A stretch of 64,000 bases of DNA. Source: Octopus vulgaris (lineage: Eukaryota). The position numbers and the translations under genes were made by a program. Positions 57,296 through 64,000 of this stretch are shown piece by piece. The stretch's first letter is position 1; each line of letters begins with the position of its first letter. The notes beneath the pieces are model-generated. The model was given only the letters and a program-made list of their open reading frames with translations, did no database searches and had not been told where the DNA came from. The stretch lies in NCBI GenBank assembly GCA_951406725.2, contig OX597830.1, positions 13,578,001 through 13,642,000 of the forward strand, read 5' to 3'.

Positions 57296-57692
57296 TAGTT
57301 TTGTTTTTATATCGTGCTTTCACTTCACTACCGAGCGCAGCTCTGTGTGCCTTGGGTATGTGCTGTGATTTGTTGTGATGCTCTGATGGTCACTGCATTG
57401 AAAGTGTTTTGCGTAGGATGTGTGCAGTGCCCAGTAGTGCAATTTTCTGTATGTTATATATATATTTGTAAGTCCTGGTGTTTTTGTTATGTATTTGTCT
57501 GAATATATTTTTATCATACCTAATGCGCCTACAATGATAGGATTCTTCTTCTTCTTTTTCTTCTTCTTCTTCTTCTTCTTCTTCTTCTTCTTCTTCTTCT
57601 TCTTCTTCTTCTTCTTCTTCTTCTTCTTCTTCTTCTTCTTCTTCTTCTTCTTCTTTTTCTTCCTCTTCTTCTTCTTTTATTTTTCTTCTTCC

Positions 57693-57757
<65 letters not shown>

Positions 57758-58045
57758 TATTATTATAATTATTATTATTATTATTATTATTATTCAGTAG
57801 TTTTGTTTTTATATCGTGCTTTCACTTCACTACCGAGCGCAGCTCTGTGTGCCTTGGGTATGTGCTGTGATTTGTTGTGATGCTCTGATGGTCACTGCAT
57901 TGAAAGTGTTTTGCGTAGGATGTGTGCAGTGTCCAGTAGTGCAATTTTCTGTATGTTATATATATATTTGTAAGTCCTGGTGTTTTTGTTATGTATTTGT
58001 CTGAATATATTTTTATCATACCTAATGCGCCTACAATGATAGGAT
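57291..58045 (-). mobile_element. Two tandem copies of an R4/Dong-clade LINE 3' end in (TAA)n/(GAA)n
   Basis: PIIVGALGMI...(frameshift) QKIALLGTAHILRKTL is a typical R4/Dong C-terminus. Copies at 57291-57545 and 57793-58045, with a degenerate third at ~57110-57190. Confidence 0.8.
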
Positions 58046-58204
58046 TCTTCTTCTTCTTCTTTCTTCTTCTTCTTCTTCTTCTTCTTCTTCTTCTTCTTCT
58101 TCTTCTTCTTCTTCTTTTTCTTCTTCTTCTTCTTCTTCTTTTTCTTCTTCTTCTTCTTCTTCTTCTTTTTCTTCCTCTTCTTCTTCTTTTATTTTTCTTC
58201 TTCC

Positions 58205-58262
<58 letters not shown>

Positions 58263-58302
58263 ATTATTATTATTATTAATATTATTATTATTATTATTAT
58301 TA

Positions 58303-58367
<65 letters not shown>

Positions 58368-58780
58368 ATTATTATGTAATATGGGTTTCCTGATGTTATT
58401 ATTATCCAATAAATTTGGATTTTGTACTGTTATAGTTAAATTAATTGTAAGTAAAGCTAAAATCAGAACAGATCATTAACGAGCTAATGCTATCGAAACC
58501 GATCTCTTGTTTAACAAATAGAGTGATGGTCGTTCAAGTAATATAAATGTGGTTTCGCATCGAATATTAAACATTTCGTATCAACAGTACCATTACGGCC
58601 GTTTATAAAAGGTGATGTAAGCAATTTCTGATGGTCTTTAAGGAAATTGAATAATCCCTAATTTTGTGACCGAGGTTCTCTTTTCCGAGAGCGAGACTAT
58701 ATATATAGTCAACATATATTTTTATATAAATATATTGTATTTACAAAAATCGTTAGATCTACTTCAACATTTAAATTTAA

Positions 58781-58831
58781 TTTATCAAAATATTTTCGTC
58801 GCTTTGAGACTGCGACCTGTTCACTGACAAA
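58781..58831 (-). ncRNA. Minimal hammerhead with a G3-C8 swapped core
   Basis: Minus strand: tttgtca GTGAACA g gtcgc agtctcaaa gcgac GAAA atat TT tgataaa. 7-bp stem I, 5-bp stem II, palindromic stem III. Confidence 0.75.
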
Positions 58832-58999
58832 ATTCTGTGCTGTATTAGCATGGAATTTTAGTGTGTTTTTAAATGGCTTATGAATACATTCTACGCTGCA
58901 ATTGTTTTTGTTTCAGCACACGATCTCAGATCAGGTCACTTGCTATGCAAATACATCTCCGTAATATAATGCACTTAACTTTCGTATATATTTTCGTAT

Positions 59000-59165
59000 A
59001 GGCGCAGGAGTGGCTGTGTGGTAAGTAGCTTGCTAACCAACCACATGGTTCCGGGTTCAGTCCCACTGCGTGGCATCTTGGGCAAGCGTCTTCTGCTATA
59101 GCCCCGGGCCGACCAATGCCTTGTGAGTGGATTTGGTAGACGGAAAATGAAAGAAGCCTGTCGTA

Positions 59166-59240
<75 letters not shown>

Positions 59241-59452
59241 TTGTGTGTCTGTGTTTGTCCCCCTAGCATTGCTTGACAACTGATGTTGGTGTGTTTACGT
59301 CCCCGTCACTTTGCGGTTCGGCAAAAAAGAGACCGATAGAATAAGTACTGGGCTAACAAAGAATAAGTCCCCGGGGTCGAGTTGCTCGATTAAAGGCCGT
59401 GCTCCAGCATGGCCGCAGTCAAATGACTGAAACAAGTAAAAGAGTAAAAGAG
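59000..59452 (+). mobile_element. SINE family A (tRNA-like head, internal (TA)n(TG)n, (AGTAAAAG)n tail), full length
   Basis: A box tggctgtgtgg and B box ggttcagtccc. About 15 homologous copies in the window. Confidence 0.9.
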
Positions 59453-59974
59453 TATATATTTAATAATCCTTGACATTTCTTGAATATTGACTCGTACTAA
59501 ACCATAATCAGGACAGAATAATTACAAACAATATATTTATAGGTTTGTGTCATTCTTGGAAAGGATATGTAGATTTTTTACTTCATTAAAATGTTATCAA
59601 ATCCTGCCAAAACGAGAAAAAGAAAATAGAAAGATAATTGTTGTCCAAAGAATTTCCAGTATAATGTGAACTGTGACGCATGCACAGGCATTGCCTAGAA
59701 TGTTGGGTGATCTCTGAATAAAAATCTTGATGACTTACAGCTTTGATTCAGGTGTTATATATTCAATAGGTCAATGACTTTTTCAGTAATATATAGCATT
59801 AAAGAAAACATAATGATGCTGCTAATAAATATATAATTAAATAAATATGTAAAAATTAATCCTTTAAAACGTAAGTTATCTAACCTATGAAATGGATCTG
59901 TGAAATGTCAAAGTAGACACGAGAGAAAAATAAATGTTAAAATATATATATACGCATACACTCACCCAAACACT

Positions 59975-60030
<56 letters not shown>

Positions 60031-60497
60031 CTCTCTCTCTCTCTCTCTCTTACACACATGCACTACGCACACACACGTACTCATAGAAACTTTGAGTATG
60101 TGTGTGTGCGTGTGTGAGTAAAATATATCATAATATACGAGATTTATGTCACGATAGTGATCGATATCCTGAGACTATTAACTTAAAATGCATATGCATC
60201 TAAATATATGTGAAACAGTGAAACGAACACAAAATTCTAAACTTTGAGAAATCGAAGTTTCATGTGTAACATTTACAATCATCAGTGAGGAAGAATTTTA
60301 TAATAATGCATATCTAATACATAAATGTAACGTGTAAGGCAGTTTTGCTGAGGATAAATGTTAATGAATTAACATTATAAAATACTTCCTTCGTTCCGAC
60401 ATTCCAAACTCCGAGTACTATAACGACAACTTTTTACTGTTTGTTTTTTTAATTTTAACATGTATAAATAATCCTCTATGTATCTAATATCGAAGTC

Positions 60498-60537
<40 letters not shown>

Positions 60538-60538
<1 letters not shown>

Positions 60539-60840
60539 GAATGAGAGAGCAGTGCATGCCATCAAAGTGACACTGGGCTAAAATATACGAAGCCCAGTAT
60601 ACCCATCATGACTATCCGTCTGATAAGGGTACACCAGGCACATGCATCACAACCATATGTGCACGACATGGTGATCTCATATCAAGATAAACAGCACATG
60701 ACTTTGCAGGTGGGGCCCAGTTAGAATTTTCTTCTCGTCCAATAGCCCATCCCGCTGTAAAGGTCCCTGAATGGATGTTGAACGAACCACCCATGTTTCC
60801 AAAGGTGAATTATCCAAACCTCTAAGAATTCCATTCAATC
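60538..60840. repeat. Unclassified GC-richer element adjacent to (ATT)n
   Basis: Sharp composition change after the (ATT)n tract and several hairpins. Family not identified. Confidence 0.4.
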
Positions 60841-61758
60841 AAGGATGCACTGATATGCACACTTACACATATAACCACACAGACACACGCATACCCCCCG
60901 CCACACATATATGCATATATATATTTGTGTATGTGTGTTTGTGTGTGTATTCGCAGGCATACATTCAAACATGCACTATTGACTAAAGCCTAATTAACTG
61001 TACCCACATTCCTAATGTATTTATGTTGCCCTTGTTTTTTTTCCTAAATATAAATGATGTGAGGATGGCTTATCCCTCACTACTGAATGCTGGCTACAAC
61101 TTTGATATCAGCTATTCTGGAAATGTATGCTAGGAGAATTATTTACTTTATTTTCACTCTTCTCTCCTTTCAATATTCTTCCACGGTAAGTTATACGCAA
61201 TAATGTTGAAGAAACAATATAAAATTAGTAAAATTTTCAACAGATATTCAACTAAAATTCTACATAAATAGATGATTTTATATCCGCTCAATGCCTTTAT
61301 CTCTAATTTCTAAATCGATAAAATACAGGCTTTTCGGAGACGTTTTACCCGGCGGGGGTAAAACTGATTGCATCCGAGTAAAGGTAAAGTTTTTCCTCTT
61401 GAAACTGGCATTTCATCCAGTAGAAGCTGAATATTCAATATAAACATTCTCTCATGTGCAGCCTTTCCATCAATGTCAAATAGAAAAAAAAATGTGAATA
61501 TTAGAGATGAGTTAAATTCCATGTTTTATTCTTGTGTATTTTTGATAAATACTCTCTTGAAATTAATGTCCTACATACTTAATTATTAAGCACTAATATT
61601 CTCGATTGGATTATCATTTTCAAAAAGTAAAAGATGGGTGAAGATTGGTAGGAGTACTTAAAGTTAAACTACATGCAACATGCATATACACTTTATACAT
61701 ATATATATATATATACAAATACGAACGTGCATATAAAATAATTGTGTGTATACATACA

Positions 61759-61789
<31 letters not shown>

Positions 61790-61830
61790 GTACATATGTA
61801 TCTACACACATACACGCATACTTGCGCGCG

Positions 61831-61872
<42 letters not shown>

Positions 61873-61881
61873 TATACATAT

Positions 61882-61940
<59 letters not shown>

Positions 61941-62315
61941 TATACATATATATAAATATACATATCTACATATACTCACATACTATATAAGTATATATTA
62001 TATATATATGTATATATGTGTGTTTATATATGATATATATATATACACACAATTATTCTATATGCTCGTTCATATTTGTATGTATATAATGTGTACACGC
62101 ATGTTATATGTAGTTTACCTCAAGTACTTCTACCACACATGTAACGACACACAATATCATATATTGATATATCACAATATACATATTCATTAGATAATAT
62201 GTTGCCCACATATAAAATATAGATCTTATGTTGTAATGTATATAAAAGTTAATGTACGTTTATACACACACACATACACACACACACACACACACATATG
62301 TAATCACATATTTGC

Positions 62316-62355
<40 letters not shown>

Positions 62356-63336
62356 CCACCCACATACATGTATACGTATGTACATATATTTAAACATATA
62401 CATATATGTGCTTGTATGTGTGTTTGTGCATCTGTCTATCTTTCTACCTTTCTCTCTACAGATGTGTATGCGCACTCTTACACATGCATTTGAGTGCATA
62501 TACATACATACATACATACATACATACATGCATCTATCTATATATATATATACATTTATACAATATATTAAAATGCACACATAATTATACATGGATATAT
62601 ATACATATATATATATATATAGCTTATCACATATATCTACCTGTATGTGTGTATGTGTGTGTGTGTGTGAGTGAAAATGCGTATGTATGATGTGTATGTG
62701 TGTATGCAAGTGAATATATGTGTACATGTATGTGTGTGAGAGTGTGTACGGATGTATTCTCCGACCAACTCATTTGTTGTTATGTTTAAGGGCAGATCAT
62801 TAATTAGAAAATATTATGAGCCGAGATGCGAGAAAATTAAATGCATGCATAAAAAAAAATGTGAAATGTAAAAAAAAAAAAAAAAAAAATAATAAATAAA
62901 TATATAAAAAATGATAAATATGGTGGAAAAGGAAAGTGGGAGAGAGAAAATAGAGAAGGAGCAACCAAAGAAAAGGCGCGAATGAAAGAGTGAAAGGAAG
63001 AGAGAAGAGAGAGAGAGAGAGAGAGACGAAAAAGAGAAAGAAATATAGAACATGTGATATGAATGACTGAGAAACGGTTTGCAAATTCTCTCGCCGTATC
63101 TCCATAGATTGAATTGCTTATTTAGGTTAGAGAAGAAGGAAAATCGTATAAGTTAATTACAGCAAGAAAATCAATTCAGAATTCTTATTAATACGTTGTG
63201 GGGAAAAAAATAGTCTTAATTTGAGTCCATTTATGGCAATGCCAAGCTTGTCTCTCTTCACTAGATTAGAATGTTTGTTGTTTGCTTAGAACAAGTATTC
63301 ATTATATACACATATATCTATATCTATATTTATATA

Positions 63337-63454
<118 letters not shown>

Positions 63455-63830
63455 ATATATATATATATACACATATATGTATGTGTGTGTGTCTATATAC
63501 CCCGTACATATATATATATCTATCTACATACCTTCTGTGTATATATGTATGTGTCTATCTGTGTGCTTAAATATACATTTACACACACACACAAACACAC
63601 ATACACGCATGCATATATGCATATATGTATGTATGTGTGTGTGTGTATCTCTCTCATTGTCTGTCTCTGTCACTATACATGTATGCGTATGTCAGTGTAT
63701 GTGTGTATATACCTCAAAATATTTATTTGAGTGGGGATGCAATCATATACTAAGATATAAGATTTATTAAAACCTCTCAAATTGAAAGCAGCAAGAAACA
63801 AAACAGCGACGAAGAAAAAGACCAAGAAGA

Positions 63831-63874
<44 letters not shown>

Positions 63875-64000
63875 ATAATAATCCTTTCTTCAATGTTCAC
63901 ATGGGCGCATATATACAATACAAAACTTGTTATTGAAAGGAGTGGGGGCACTACAAAACTGTTGTGTGTGTGCGTGCATGTGTATATATATATATATATA

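Noticed and set aside
57200-58375. Repeat-spacer appearance suggesting a CRISPR-like array
   Set aside because: The spacers are identical LINE fragments and the repeats are microsatellites. Eukaryotic context with no cas genes.

Overview
AT-rich, microsatellite-saturated animal genomic DNA with no supportable host protein-coding exon, most likely intergenic or intronic. The repeat content suggests an octopus-type cephalopod (inference). Almost all ORFs in the supplied track are translations of (TA)n/(CA)n/(TATG)n/(TATC)n/(GAA)n/(ATT)n/(CCA)n repeats. The real content is transposable elements: four tRNA-headed SINE families in about 30 copies; fragments of mariner, maT/Tc1-like and hAT DNA transposons; CR1 and R4/Dong LINE 3' ends; and several Penelope-like elements (PLEs, RT + GIY-YIG), one of which (53.7-56.0 kb) looks young. 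The main unannotated signal is about 10 well-formed and several degenerate type I hammerhead ribozyme motifs, found by eye. They lie in PLE 3' regions and in short non-coding elements whose 3' ends mostly abut (TA)n tracts. These elements carry inverted and direct repeats, and several sit next to copies of nearby genomic DNA. The ribozyme cores show three 3-8 pairings (C-G, U-A, G-C). Coordinates were counted by hand and may be off by a few bases.
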